DNA of 59,927 nt, the filler included. It is 9 parts of 9 records of this genome, joined end to end, with 100 filler letters (N's around TTAATTAATTAA, not from the genome) between each part and the next. Parts side by side here need not be neighbours in the genome. Positions count along the whole stretch, not along the records: positions 1 to 10,428 come from SRR31156797_26157; 8 more parts are not named here. One strand, 5' to 3'. Positions 1 to 9,148 of the stretch are shown piece by piece. The notes under the pieces were generated by a model. The model did not search any database, was not told where the DNA came from, and saw only the letters and a program-made list of their open reading frames with translations. The stretch's first letter is position 1. Each line of letters starts with the position of its first letter. Position numbers and translations under genes: made by a program.

Positions 1-395
1 AACATGGAGTGTGGATTGGCGTGCCACATCAGAAACCAGAAGCGTATGGGCTGCCCGATTTCAATGCCCAACACCGCCACGGCCCCGGTATAGCATATGA
101 AGCCCGTGATTACGGCCAGGTTGATAATTGATTTCAGTTCTTTTTTTCCCGCTATATATGTCAGGAAGCCTGTGAAAAATGCGCCGGCGCCCAGAGCGAT
201 GATGCATAAATCAAAACATATCCAAAGTCCGAATACAAAAATATCGTTCATGTTTGTGCGGTTCAAACCATAATACAGGCAGACTACGGCGGAAAGTATT
301 CCGATGCCGATCAGTAACAGCCAAAGCGCCTGCCAGGCAAAGAAAACCGATGCTTGCGTTCGTTTGACGCCAGTGGGGATGAGGTCGGAATCCAT
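1..395 (-). CDS. NrfD/PsrC family membrane subunit (QrcD-like), runs off the window start
   Basis: Manual translation from ATG at 395: MDSDLIPTGVKRTQASVFFAW...GLNRTNMNDIFVFGLWICFDLCIIALGAGAFFTG...EIGQPIRFWFLMWHANPHSM. These are typical NrfD-family motifs. Not in the ORF track because it lacks a stop in the window. Confidence 0.8.
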   Translation of the reverse strand, partial: MDSDLIPTGVKRTQASVFFAWQALWLLLIGIGILSAVVCLYYGLNRTNMNDIFVFGLWICFDLCIIALGAGAFFTGFLTYIAGKKELKSIINLAVITGFICYTGAVAVLGIEIGQPIRFWFLMWHANPHSM

Positions 396-465
396 AGCAA
401 CACCTAAGTAGAGTATTTTTTTGGGGCGCCCGACTTGGTCGGACAAAAACTTTTTGACTAATAAG

Positions 466-514
466 CTCACTAAGTGAGTATGCTCACTATAAGGTCAATT
501 ACATAATGTGTCAA
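466..514 (-). promoter_or_regulatory. sigma70 promoter with overlapping palindromic operator upstream of the NrfD gene
   Basis: Minus strand TTGACA (514-509), 17 bp, TATAGT (491-486). Inverted repeat AGTGAG-TATG-CTCACT (473-488) plus an extra CTCACT half-site (466-471). Confidence 0.6.
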
Positions 515-619
515 GATGGATTTATAGGCCTTGTCGACTAATCTGAGATAGTTCGCTTGTATTTATTTAATTGGTGTTTACTTTTAAAAGTAAAATAGGT
601 TTAACTGGGGAGGTGTATC

Positions 620-919
620 ATGATTATTCAAACTCGTGAATTTGGGTATGGAGAAAATTACATAGAATCCTTTGAGGTTATTAAAAAATGGAAGGATGCA
701 GTGGAGCAGAAATATCCGGAAATAAAAATAACGCTCATGTACAATCTGGCTGGTGAGCGGGGCCGTTTAACAGTGCAAACTGCTTATCCATCATTGGCCG
801 AATACGAGCGCATCGACGCCGTGCTGGATGATGATGAGGAAATAGGCGCCATTATGGGTAATATATTTGAACATTTTGATCGGCCCAGGAAGGACCAATT
901 CTACCGGGTAATTGATTAG
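620..919 (+). CDS. hypothetical protein (possible dimeric alpha-beta barrel/NIPSNAP-like)
   Basis: 99-aa ORF with strong RBS GGGAGGTG. The fold is a weak guess. Confidence 0.65.
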   Translation: MIIQTREFGYGENYIESFEVIKKWKDAVEQKYPEIKITLMYNLAGERGRLTVQTAYPSLAEYERIDAVLDDDEEIGAIMGNIFEHFDRPRKDQFYRVID

Positions 920-1040
920 CGCCGCAATGACATTTTCACTTCCATCAGAGTGTGCTTCGGGATTCTGATGTACTGGAAGCTAAACCGACACATTAGTATC
1001 GAGTCCCAAAAGTATGTTGTAAATTCCAACATGTAGTTTT

Positions 1041-1111
1041 GTAGGTTGGGTTAGCGCAACGTAACCCAACTATTTCAGTGTGTTGGGTTACGCGACACTA
1101 ACCCAACATAG
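1041..1111. repeat. REP doublet (REPIN-like)
   Basis: GTAG-GTTGGGTTAGCGCAACGTAACCCAAC followed by an inverted copy GTTGGGTTACGCGACACTAACCCAACATA. GTAG plus an imperfect palindrome is the signature of RAYT-associated REPs. Confidence 0.7.
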
Positions 1112-1173
1112 GAGGAGATTACCATAAAGTATTTGTGGGACATTAGCATTATGTACCAAAAAATGGAAATAGC

Positions 1174-1202
1174 TTGACATCATTGTTAGGTATCCTTACA
1201 AT
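1174..1202 (+). promoter_or_regulatory. sigma70 promoter of the MarR gene with embedded operator
   Basis: TTGACA (1174-1179), 17 bp, TACAAT (1197-1202). Operator TGTTAG-N5-CTTACA at 1184-1200. Confidence 0.7.
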
Positions 1203-1207
1203 TAATC

Positions 1208-1678
1208 ATGGACAATACGAGAGAATCATTTGAGTTGATGCTGAGCGCCCTGATGGAATTTGTGGATATGGTAAACTCAAGCCATGCGAACGGAGTGTAT
1301 TTCGGAACCGAGAACCGTTTATATCCTGCTGAAATACATACGGTTGTGGCCATAGGAGAAAATGAAGGCATCAGTGTCACCAAGCTAGCGAAAATGCTGG
1401 ATGTTTCCAAGCCTACTCTTTCCGAGCGCATTCAAAAACTGGTGACAAAAGGATTTGTCAAAAAGGAAAAAAATCCCGATGATCTCAAGGCCGTTGTTCT
1501 GCGGTTGACCGCGGACGGGCGCACAGCCTGTGCTCATCACGAAATGCATCATCTCAAAATGTATGAAGTTTTTTGCCGGCATTTCGGCGAAAAATCCCTG
1601 GAAACGATTGAGTTGTTGACCAGGACATTTAACCAGGCCCTGAAGTTAAAAGAAGAATTGGGCGAGCATAATTTTTAA
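1208..1678 (+). CDS. MarR family transcriptional regulator
   Basis: wHTH signature ISVTKLAKMLDVSKPTLSERIQKLVTKGFVKKEKNPDDLKAVVLRLTADG. Confidence 0.9.
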   Translation: MDNTRESFELMLSALMEFVDMVNSSHANGVYFGTENRLYPAEIHTVVAIGENEGISVTKLAKMLDVSKPTLSERIQKLVTKGFVKKEKNPDDLKAVVLRLTADGRTACAHHEMHHLKMYEVFCRHFGEKSLETIELLTRTFNQALKLKEELGEHNF

Positions 1679-1694
1679 ATTTTTTTTATTTAAA

Positions 1695-1711
1695 TGTTAG
1701 GCGTACTAACA
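1695..1711. promoter_or_regulatory. putative MarR operator, second copy
   Basis: Perfect inverted repeat TGTTAG-GCGTA-CTAACA, matching the 1184-1200 site. Confidence 0.65.
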
Positions 1712-1778
1712 AAATGGGTAAATAACTATTTTGAGTTCGGTGCGAAACGAATTTAAACAAGCTAAGAAGGAGTTTTAA

Positions 1779-2600
1779 ATGAAATTAGCCATAATTTATT
1801 TCTCTGCAACAAACAATACCAGCGCAATTGCGGAAATAATCAGAAAAGAATTTGAAACGCTGGGCGCTTCAGTCGATATGCATGATTTAACGCCTATGGC
1901 CGACCGGCAGAAAGATGCAGATTATTCCAAATATGACAATTTTGTTTTCGGATTCCCGATACATTCATTGCGCGCTCCGAGAGTTATGCGTGATTGGCTG
2001 CGAACTATTCAAGGCGAGGGCAGAAAATGCGGCATGTTTTTTACTTACGGGGGATTCATGATCCATCCCGCCCATCACTCCACGCGGGAAATACTCAACG
2101 AACAGAATTTTAATGTTGTTTCATCAGCGGAATTTCCAGGCGCCCATACGTTTAATATCGGAGGCTGGCGGGCGTTTCCGGATCGTCCGGACTCCCGGGA
2201 GTTTGAACTGGCCGCAAAATACGCGGAAGAAACATACAAGCGATTTTCGGGAGAACATGATGAAATGCTTGGAGAATTGGATAAGGGCCTTTTTAGTGAC
2301 GAGCAGTTGGACGAGTTTGAAAACCTTAGGTTTAAGGTAATAACAAAGCTGCCCACAAGGGATGGAGCAGAATGCAGCCTGTGCGGAAGATGCGAAGAGG
2401 TTTGCCCTACAGGGGCCATGAATTACGAAACCGGAGAAGCGGATCCGCGGAAATGCATTGCCTGCCTTGGCTGCGTGGCCGCGTGCACTGATAATGTTTT
2501 GAATATAAACAGCACGCTTGATTCCTGGCAGTTTAAACTCGACATGGGAAATACAAGTGAAGCGGACCTGAACAAACAAACCGGAAAACTGTATTTATAG
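1779..2600 (+). CDS. EFR1-family flavodoxin-ferredoxin fusion protein
   Basis: N-terminal flavodoxin (YFSATNNT). C-terminal two 4Fe-4S motifs, CSLCGRCEEVCP and CIACLGCVAAC. Confidence 0.88.
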   Translation: MKLAIIYFSATNNTSAIAEIIRKEFETLGASVDMHDLTPMADRQKDADYSKYDNFVFGFPIHSLRAPRVMRDWLRTIQGEGRKCGMFFTYGGFMIHPAHHSTREILNEQNFNVVSSAEFPGAHTFNIGGWRAFPDRPDSREFELAAKYAEETYKRFSGEHDEMLGELDKGLFSDEQLDEFENLRFKVITKLPTRDGAECSLCGRCEEVCPTGAMNYETGEADPRKCIACLGCVAACTDNVLNINSTLDSWQFKLDMGNTSEADLNKQTGKLYL

Positions 2601-2613
2601 GAAAGGGTGTAAC

Positions 2614-3447
2614 ATGGCGGATCAAAATTTTCGTTTTAGCGTCGGCAAATTCAATTGCATTTTAATCCCGGACGGCGTGCATGAATATGCTGAACCTTCG
2701 GGGCTTCTATTCCCGGACGCACCGAAAGAGAAACTGAGAAAAGAATTGCTTGTGCAAGGCGTCGACCCTGATAATTGGTCAACCTGGACCAGCGACTATA
2801 AATGCCTGCTGATCGATACCGGTAAACAACTTGTTCTTCTGGATACCGGGGCGGGAGTTCTACTGCCGGAAGCAGGACAATTAGTTGAAAATATGCAGGC
2901 TGCGGGGATTGAACCCGGAGATATTGACATTGTTGTAATTTCCCATGCTCACCCGGATCATATAGGCGGCGCCGCGAATTTCCCTAACGCCCGTATTATT
3001 ATGAGCCGGAAAGAGTGGGAGTTTTGGCTTGACGAACCTGAACTTCCGCGTCTGCCCCCTGATTTCAGGCAGATGCTTATTCAACTGATTCCCCCGTTGC
3101 TCTTGCCTTTAGAGAGCAGGGTTGAACTCGTTGATGGCGAGATTGATATCGCGGCCGGCATCAAAATACTGGAAGCCCCGGGTCATACACCGGGGCATAT
3201 TGCTGTATCCGTATCTTCTGGAGGAGATGAGCTTCTTTACACAGGAGATGCGGTTTTACATCCGGTTCATGCAAGGAATCCGAACTGGAATGCGCTTGTA
3301 GACGTTCTTCCTGATAAAGCTGAGGAAACCAGAAAGAATTTATTAATCCATGCATACAATACTAACGCGGTATTCTTTGGATTTCATTTCCCCCATCCGG
3401 GAAAAATCGTGAATATAGAGGAAACACTTGCCTGGAAGTCATTATAG
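2614..3447 (+). CDS. MBL-fold metallo-hydrolase
   Basis: SHAHPDHIGG, PGHTPGH, TGD and a C-terminal HFP. Confidence 0.9.
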   Translation: MADQNFRFSVGKFNCILIPDGVHEYAEPSGLLFPDAPKEKLRKELLVQGVDPDNWSTWTSDYKCLLIDTGKQLVLLDTGAGVLLPEAGQLVENMQAAGIEPGDIDIVVISHAHPDHIGGAANFPNARIIMSRKEWEFWLDEPELPRLPPDFRQMLIQLIPPLLLPLESRVELVDGEIDIAAGIKILEAPGHTPGHIAVSVSSGGDELLYTGDAVLHPVHARNPNWNALVDVLPDKAEETRKNLLIHAYNTNAVFFGFHFPHPGKIVNIEETLAWKSL

Positions 3448-3538
3448 GAGCACCCCGGGATAATTACAGGCGCGTCCATTAGAAAATCTCTATTCCTTGT
3501 TTACTTGTGCGGGCTGCGTCAGGTAAACAAGGCGTCGA

Positions 3539-5107
3539 TTATTTATCTTTTTTAGCCGCCTTCCTCCCAAAAGGAATATTCAATTTTCGCATTCTGGCTC
3601 TGAGAGTGCTCGGATTAAGGCCCAAAAGCTCAGCCGCCCCGCCTGCTCCGGCAACCTTGCCCCCGGAAGCCGACAAGGCTTCTTTAATGTGATCTATCAT
3701 AACCTGGTCCAATAACTTTTTATTGGAATAAGATACTTTTTCAGGCCGGTCCGGTTTCTTTCCGGCAAGGCTGATGTCCTCAAACACCAACCGTGTCTTT
3801 CCCTGGCAACGAATCAAGGCCCGTTCGACCACGTTTTCCAGTTCTCGTACATTGCCCGGCCATTCGTATCCATTCAACCATTTCAGATCGGACGGATCAG
3901 GCAGAGGGCGAGATGCCAGGCCTAGTTCACGGCTTTTTTGCTGTATAAAAAAATTAACCAGCAAGGGAATGTCCTCAAGCCTTTCCCTAAGGGCCGGCAG
4001 ATGGATTGGAAATACATTCAAGCGGTAATATAGATCATCGCGAAAGGCCCCTTCCGCAGCCGACTTCTCAAGGTTGCGGTGAGTTGCGGCAATTACGCGA
4101 ATATCCAGTTTGATTACCCGTTCTCCGCCGACCCGGACCAGGATTTTTTCCTGAAGCACCCGGAGCAGGCGGACCTGAACCCCTAAGGGCATTTCCCCGA
4201 CTTCGTCCAGGAAAATCGTCCCCTTATCGGCTCTTTCAAACAAGCCCTTTTTAGACGACACCGCGCCAGTGAACGCTCCCCGCTCATGGCCGAAAAGCTC
4301 CGCGTCCATCAGTGTTTCGGGAATGGCGCCACAGTTGACTTTTATGAAAGGGCCGTCGCGACGGGATGATAAATGGTGTAATTGGCTCGCGATCAGTTCC
4401 TTGCCCGTGCCGGTCTCGCCCAGAAGCAAAACCGGACTGTTTAACGCAGCTACCTGCATGACAGCTTCCATAACTCCCTTGAGGCCGTACTCCGCGCCCA
4501 CGATCTGCGGCCCCAGGACCGGTTGAATCCGGCTGCGAAGGAAGCGGTTGTCGTCCGCCAATTGCTCCTTGAGTTCCAAAACCTCCTTATAACGGAGATA
4601 GTTGGACAGGGCCACGGTAAAAGGTTCTCTGAGAGGTTCCAATAAATCTGCCTGCTCTTGGTAATACCGCCCCCGACCGTCCGCTCTAAACGCTACCGAT
4701 CCGACCAGTTTTCCATCCACAGTCAGACGGATCAGTATCACTGAAGAATCCTCCGATCCCAAGTTCCGGGCGTGCCGGGCAATTGGATGGTTTTCAGGAT
4801 TATTGATGATCATCAACCCGGGCAGGGCGTCGCCTTCCAACAGGAGTAAGGACTCATCGGTAAGCGAGAAGTGAGCTTCCGTCAAACGGGCGCCCGAATC
4901 GTCCGCTACGGCCAGAACCGACATTCGGCGACGCTTCATGTCCGGCCGCATTAAAAGCGCCTCGTTTACAGGAATATATCGGCGTATGAATTCAAATGTG
5001 CTGAAAAGGGCCTGGTCAATAGCCAGACTTCCGCAGATTTTGACAACGGCCTGTCTGAAAAATTCATTCGGGTCAACAGGTTCCATGTCCATGCCTTTTG
5101 CTTTCAC
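3539..5107 (-). CDS. sigma54-dependent enhancer-binding protein (GAF-AAA+-HTH)
   Basis: GETGTGKE Walker [22 protein letters not shown] and a C-terminal Fis HTH. N-terminal GAF-like region. Confidence 0.93.
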   Translation of the reverse strand: MKAKGMDMEPVDPNEFFRQAVVKICGSLAIDQALFSTFEFIRRYIPVNEALLMRPDMKRRRMSVLAVADDSGARLTEAHFSLTDESLLLLEGDALPGLMIINNPENHPIARHARNLGSEDSSVILIRLTVDGKLVGSVAFRADGRGRYYQEQADLLEPLREPFTVALSNYLRYKEVLELKEQLADDNRFLRSRIQPVLGPQIVGAEYGLKGVMEAVMQVAALNSPVLLLGETGTGKELIASQLHHLSSRRDGPFIKVNCGAIPETLMDAELFGHERGAFTGAVSSKKGLFERADKGTIFLDEVGEMPLGVQVRLLRVLQEKILVRVGGERVIKLDIRVIAATHRNLEKSAAEGAFRDDLYYRLNVFPIHLPALRERLEDIPLLVNFFIQQKSRELGLASRPLPDPSDLKWLNGYEWPGNVRELENVVERALIRCQGKTRLVFEDISLAGKKPDRPEKVSYSNKKLLDQVMIDHIKEALSASGGKVAGAGGAAELLGLNPSTLRARMRKLNIPFGRKAAKKDK

Positions 5108-5166
5108 TCATTAACGACTGGTCTATCCGGCGCGCAATGCGGTGTTATTAACTGTCATGGTGATTA

Positions 5167-5201
5167 TGTAACATATGACACTTTTAATGTCAAATATGAC
5201 G
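5167..5201. promoter_or_regulatory. putative upstream activator sequences for the sigma54 activator
   Basis: Two imperfect palindromes, TGTAACATATGACA (5167-5180) and TGTCAAATATGACG (5188-5201), 21 bp apart and about 130-165 bp upstream of the sigma54 promoter. Confidence 0.5.
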
Positions 5202-5330
5202 TTTGATGCTGTTGTTTTTTGATAATTATTACTGAACTGAAACTAAGCTTGGTTAAAAGCGTAGCTAATTTTCTTGTATATACAAAGCGTTGGTATAAAA
5301 AGCCATTAATGGAAGCACGAATATTGGTTT

Positions 5331-5345
5331 TGGCATTCCTGTTGC
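5331..5345 (+). promoter_or_regulatory. sigma54 (-24/-12) promoter
   Basis: TGGCATTCCTGTTGC, with GG-N10-GC spacing, next to a divergent EBP gene. Confidence 0.8.
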
Positions 5346-5398
5346 CTTTATTATTAAGAAAGTTTGGCTTGAAGGCCGAAATACAAAAGGAGAAAGGC

Positions 5399-7507
5399 AT
5401 GAACGCCAGCACATACCACGCCAAAAGGTTGGAAATAAACCTTAACCAAAGGCGGCACAACCAAGTTGAAATACCAAATGAGGATACTCTGCGTTTTTTA
5501 GGCGGAGTGGGATTAAACGCTCAACTTTTGCTCGAAAATATGGATTCCGATCTTGATCCGCTGGATCCTGATAATCCTCTGATATTCGGGGCCGGTCCCC
5601 TTGTCGGGGCCAAGTTCCCCACAGCGGCCCGAACCACGGCCACGGCTTTGAGCCCCTTGACCGGAATTTACGGGGATTCCAATGCCGGGGGCGTCTTCGG
5701 CGTCAACATGAAAAAAGCGGGTTATGATCAATTGCTGATTAGCGGCAAGGCCGAGGAACCGGTTTACCTGCTGTTGGGTCCGGGCGGCGAGATCACAATC
5801 AGGGATGCTCAGGATTTGTGGGGGCTGGACACCCATAAAACCGATACCTTGTTGCGCGATCGTCATCCCAAATCCACCGTGGCCTGCATAGGCCCGGCCG
5901 GGGAAAACCTTGTTCGTTACGCCTCCATCATGACCAACAAAACCATGAACAGCTTTGCCCGAACCGGCATGGGCGCGGTCATGGGTTCCAAGAACCTGAA
6001 AGCTATTGTCATAGCAGGCAATAACCCTGTCCAGGTGCATGATCCCGAGGCCCTGAATCGAATCGCGGAGCAGGTTTTGAATCAAATTAAATTCCACCAT
6101 CTTCCGCAGCTTTTTACCAAATACGGCACAATCATGTTTTTGAACATCCTTTTGGCCAAGGGATTGTTGTACGGCGAAAACCACCGTCGCCGGCTCGAAT
6201 ACCAGGAGGCGAGCGCTCTTGACATTGGAGCTTATGAAGAGGCGGTCGATTCCAAACCTGCCGGCTGCTTCCGGTGCCCCATGGCCTGCAATCGCCGTTG
6301 GCGCATTAAAGAAGGAGAATACAAGGGAGAAGCCGGCCATGGATACGAGGTGGCGTTTGCCATGACCCTGGGCTTGACCCTGGGACACCGGTCAGTGGGC
6401 GATGTTCTTCACCTGGTTAACTTGTTGAACAGCCAGGGAATGGATATCAACGAGTTTTGCGGAACAGCCGGCCTGGCCGTGGATGCATACAAAAATAACC
6501 TCTTGTCATCATCCGATACGGACGGTCTGGAACTGGACTGGGGCAGGGCGGATATCTTTGAAACGCTGATAAAACAAACCGGCCAAAGGCAGGGATTTGG
6601 AAATGTCATGGCCGAGGGGACAAAGAGGGCCGCGGGTATGATTGGTTTGAAAGCAGAGCGGTACGCCCTGCATATGAAGGGCATGCATTGGCCGGCCCAT
6701 TCGGCCCCGCCCTTTGTCCTGGCTTTTTCCAATTCCACCAGGGGCGGCGACTTCTTAAAGGGCGTTCCCTTTCTCCTGCTTGGCGAAGGCAACCAGGACC
6801 TGTGCCGGGCTCTTTTCGGCGCCACCCGGGAAACCATGAATATCTATTCTCACGGCGACAAGGGAAGAGCTGTCTGGTGGCACGAAAACTACAAGGCCGT
6901 GAACGACGCCATGGGCTCCTGTTTTTACCTGGCCCTGAATCTACTTCCCCACCTGGGTTTTATGCCCGAACAGCTGGCCGACGTATTCCGAGCAGTTACA
7001 GGCCTTCCAGTAGAGGGCGAAGACATTATGGCCGCTGGAGAACGTATTGTTCAGACGCAAAGGGCTGTCAATTCAATTCGGGGACTGAATGGCCGTGACG
7101 ACAGTTTTACCCGTCGACCTGAAAACGATTCCTGGGCTTCAGGCATAAACCTGGAGGCCGAAGGCATGAAAGAGGAATATTATCGTTATCGGGGGCTTTC
7201 CCCCAGGGGACTCCACACTCGAAGCCGGTTAACCGAACTTGGTTTATTTGAAGCAATTGAAATATTGTCCAGTGAAGGCCGCTTGGAAGCCCCTATAGAG
7301 AATCCTTACCAGTTCTCGGATATCGTCCGGTCGCCCAGTCCGAAAAATATCCGGTTAAGACCCAAAACCAGGCTGATTCATTTTGTAAGAAACCGAGTCT
7401 TCTTAAGGATGTTAAAAGGACCTGCCTTTTATCGGGCCCAAATGGAAAAACTGTGGCGCCGCCGGGGCCGAAAAGCGAAAACCATCCCTTATAAACAAGC
7501 CATATAG
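5399..7507 (+). CDS. aldehyde:ferredoxin oxidoreductase (tungstopterin AOR/WOR family)
   Basis: SPLTG, GGVFGVNMKKAGYD, IGPAGENLV, RTGMGAVMGSKNLKAI, CFRCPMAC. Real start is probably ATG 5399 (RBS AAGGAG, downstream of the sigma54 promoter), not 5219. Confidence 0.9.
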   Translation: MNASTYHAKRLEINLNQRRHNQVEIPNEDTLRFLGGVGLNAQLLLENMDSDLDPLDPDNPLIFGAGPLVGAKFPTAARTTATALSPLTGIYGDSNAGGVFGVNMKKAGYDQLLISGKAEEPVYLLLGPGGEITIRDAQDLWGLDTHKTDTLLRDRHPKSTVACIGPAGENLVRYASIMTNKTMNSFARTGMGAVMGSKNLKAIVIAGNNPVQVHDPEALNRIAEQVLNQIKFHHLPQLFTKYGTIMFLNILLAKGLLYGENHRRRLEYQEASALDIGAYEEAVDSKPAGCFRCPMACNRRWRIKEGEYKGEAGHGYEVAFAMTLGLTLGHRSVGDVLHLVNLLNSQGMDINEFCGTAGLAVDAYKNNLLSSSDTDGLELDWGRADIFETLIKQTGQRQGFGNVMAEGTKRAAGMIGLKAERYALHMKGMHWPAHSAPPFVLAFSNSTRGGDFLKGVPFLLLGEGNQDLCRALFGATRETMNIYSHGDKGRAVWWHENYKAVNDAMGSCFYLALNLLPHLGFMPEQLADVFRAVTGLPVEGEDIMAAGERIVQTQRAVNSIRGLNGRDDSFTRRPENDSWASGINLEAEGMKEEYYRYRGLSPRGLHTRSRLTELGLFEAIEILSSEGRLEAPIENPYQFSDIVRSPSPKNIRLRPKTRLIHFVRNRVFLRMLKGPAFYRAQMEKLWRRRGRKAKTIPYKQAI

Positions 7508-7523
7508 GCTAATTCATAAGTTA

Positions 7524-7546
7524 AACCACCGGCAGAGCCGGTGGTT
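7524..7546. repeat. perfect hairpin AACCACCGGC-AGA-GCCGGTGGTT (IS200/IS605-end or REP-like)
   Basis: 10-bp perfect inverted repeat between convergent genes. No transposase nearby. Confidence 0.45.
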
Positions 7547-7553
7547 ATTGATT

Positions 7554-7588
7554 GAGAGCCCCGCTGTTTTCAAGCAGAGGGGCTTTCA
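7554..7588. terminator. probable terminator hairpin between convergent genes
   Basis: GAGAGCCCCGCTG...CAGAGGGGCTTTC stem. Confidence 0.45.
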
Positions 7589-7621
7589 TGGCTTTTAAAT
7601 CAGTTTATAAGTCGATTTTCT

Positions 7622-8899
7622 TTACTTTAAACACTTGCAATTGGCGTAGTACGTGACCGTGGCGGGCCAGTCGGAGAAAATTCCCAGAATGCCCACTTCC
7701 TGCGCCAATACATCCAGGGCTTCCATGGTGTCGCCGTCGTTGTTGATAACTTCTTTTGTGGTTTGGTAATACCAGCCGCCGCCGTCTTTCAAAAGACCGG
7801 ACCGTTCAAGAGTCCAGGTAATAATGTCCAGGCCGGCTGCTTTGGCCCGTTTGGCATATAGTGAAGGCACGATCTTGCCGTCTGCATTGACGTCAAGGAG
7901 CATCCACATGGGCGGGGCGATTATCCTTACGTTTTGATCAAAAAGTTCTTCCATGGTGGGCGACCAGGTATTGGGGTCGCGGTGATCGAACTTTTTATCG
8001 TCGTAACGACCGTCAAGATAAACCGCTTGCTTTCCGAATCGAGGCTCCTTTTCCAACCAGTAGATCACATCCTTAAGATTGAATGACTGTGCATAAACAT
8101 CTTTGGGATCTACACCGGCTTCCTTGTATTCATCTATCATCTGCTGGGCGTATTTTTCCTGGGTGTAATCGCCGTCATAAGGCATTTCAACTCCGGGGGA
8201 CTTAAGTTCCGGAGTCATTTTCACGCCCAATTTTTTAAAAAGCTCGATGCTTTCAGCATGGGTGACCAACGTGCCATGGGCCGTATAGAGATCCGTCCGC
8301 CAACTTGGCGTGGAGTTCATGTATTCTTCCAACGTGGTCGCTTCCTTATTCGCACTGTCCATTTTACCCTTGAGTTTCCTGAATTCAGCCAGAGTAATAT
8401 CGGAAGTGCAGCATTTTGCCGATGCTTTCTTAATCAATTTGCCGGTTTGGGGATCGAATTCGGCCGGAGTGAAAGGCTGTGAGCATTTCGCGGCCAATTC
8501 GGGAATGGCCAGTATGTTGGTGGTGGTGTGCAGGTCGCACTGGGAATGGCGGCAGACTAGTTCCTTATCCTTGGTAAAAGTCACGTCGCATTCAATAATG
8601 CCGGCGCCCATGAGCGCCGCCGCTTCATAAGATTCCTTTGTATGTTCTGGAAACTGCATGCAGGCCCCGCGATGGCCGATGGAAAAATCGGTTCTGAAAA
8701 AAGGGCCTTTGGCGCATTCCTGCAAGGCCTTTTTAAGTTCTCCGTCATCCATGTCGTCAACAAGGTAGAATGGTCGGGGGCCGATTACAGCCTTTGGGGA
8801 ATTTGGTTTTACCGCATCGCCGGCTGCGGCGATCGAAGTGAATGAAATCAGTGAAATTAAAACAATAACAATGGCGCCAATTACTTTACTCGGAAACAT
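7622..8899 (-). CDS. secreted glycerophosphodiester phosphodiesterase (GDPD)
   Basis: Signal peptide, [24 protein letters not shown] and GIFSDWP. Confidence 0.92.
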   Translation of the reverse strand: MFPSKVIGAIVIVLISLISFTSIAAAGDAVKPNSPKAVIGPRPFYLVDDMDDGELKKALQECAKGPFFRTDFSIGHRGACMQFPEHTKESYEAAALMGAGIIECDVTFTKDKELVCRHSQCDLHTTTNILAIPELAAKCSQPFTPAEFDPQTGKLIKKASAKCCTSDITLAEFRKLKGKMDSANKEATTLEEYMNSTPSWRTDLYTAHGTLVTHAESIELFKKLGVKMTPELKSPGVEMPYDGDYTQEKYAQQMIDEYKEAGVDPKDVYAQSFNLKDVIYWLEKEPRFGKQAVYLDGRYDDKKFDHRDPNTWSPTMEELFDQNVRIIAPPMWMLLDVNADGKIVPSLYAKRAKAAGLDIITWTLERSGLLKDGGGWYYQTTKEVINNDGDTMEALDVLAQEVGILGIFSDWPATVTYYANCKCLK

Positions 8900-9094
8900 A
8901 CTGTCCTCCCTATTAAATTAAAATTATTGAAAATGGCGATTGCCAAGAAAAAACAGGTGAAACAGTATTATTCAACTATGTCCGATTAATTGAAATCTTA
9001 TGAAATTTCTATGGCGTTTACTGGATGTATGGAAAGAAAAAGAACCCTACAAGGTTATTATACAGGTAAAACCGATGTACTCAAACTCTTTGGC

Positions 9095-9124
9095 AAAAAA
9101 AAACGGGCGAGAAGCCCCGCCCGC
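9095..9124 (-). terminator. rho-independent terminator
   Basis: Minus strand GCGGGCG-gggcttct-CGCCCG followed by a T9 tract, downstream of the 9149 stop. Confidence 0.7.
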
Positions 9125-9148
9125 TATAAACTGATGGAATTCGGCCGC

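Noticed and set aside
5219-5398. N-terminal extension of the AOR ORF
   Set aside because: It overlaps the sigma54 promoter. ATG 5399 has the RBS.
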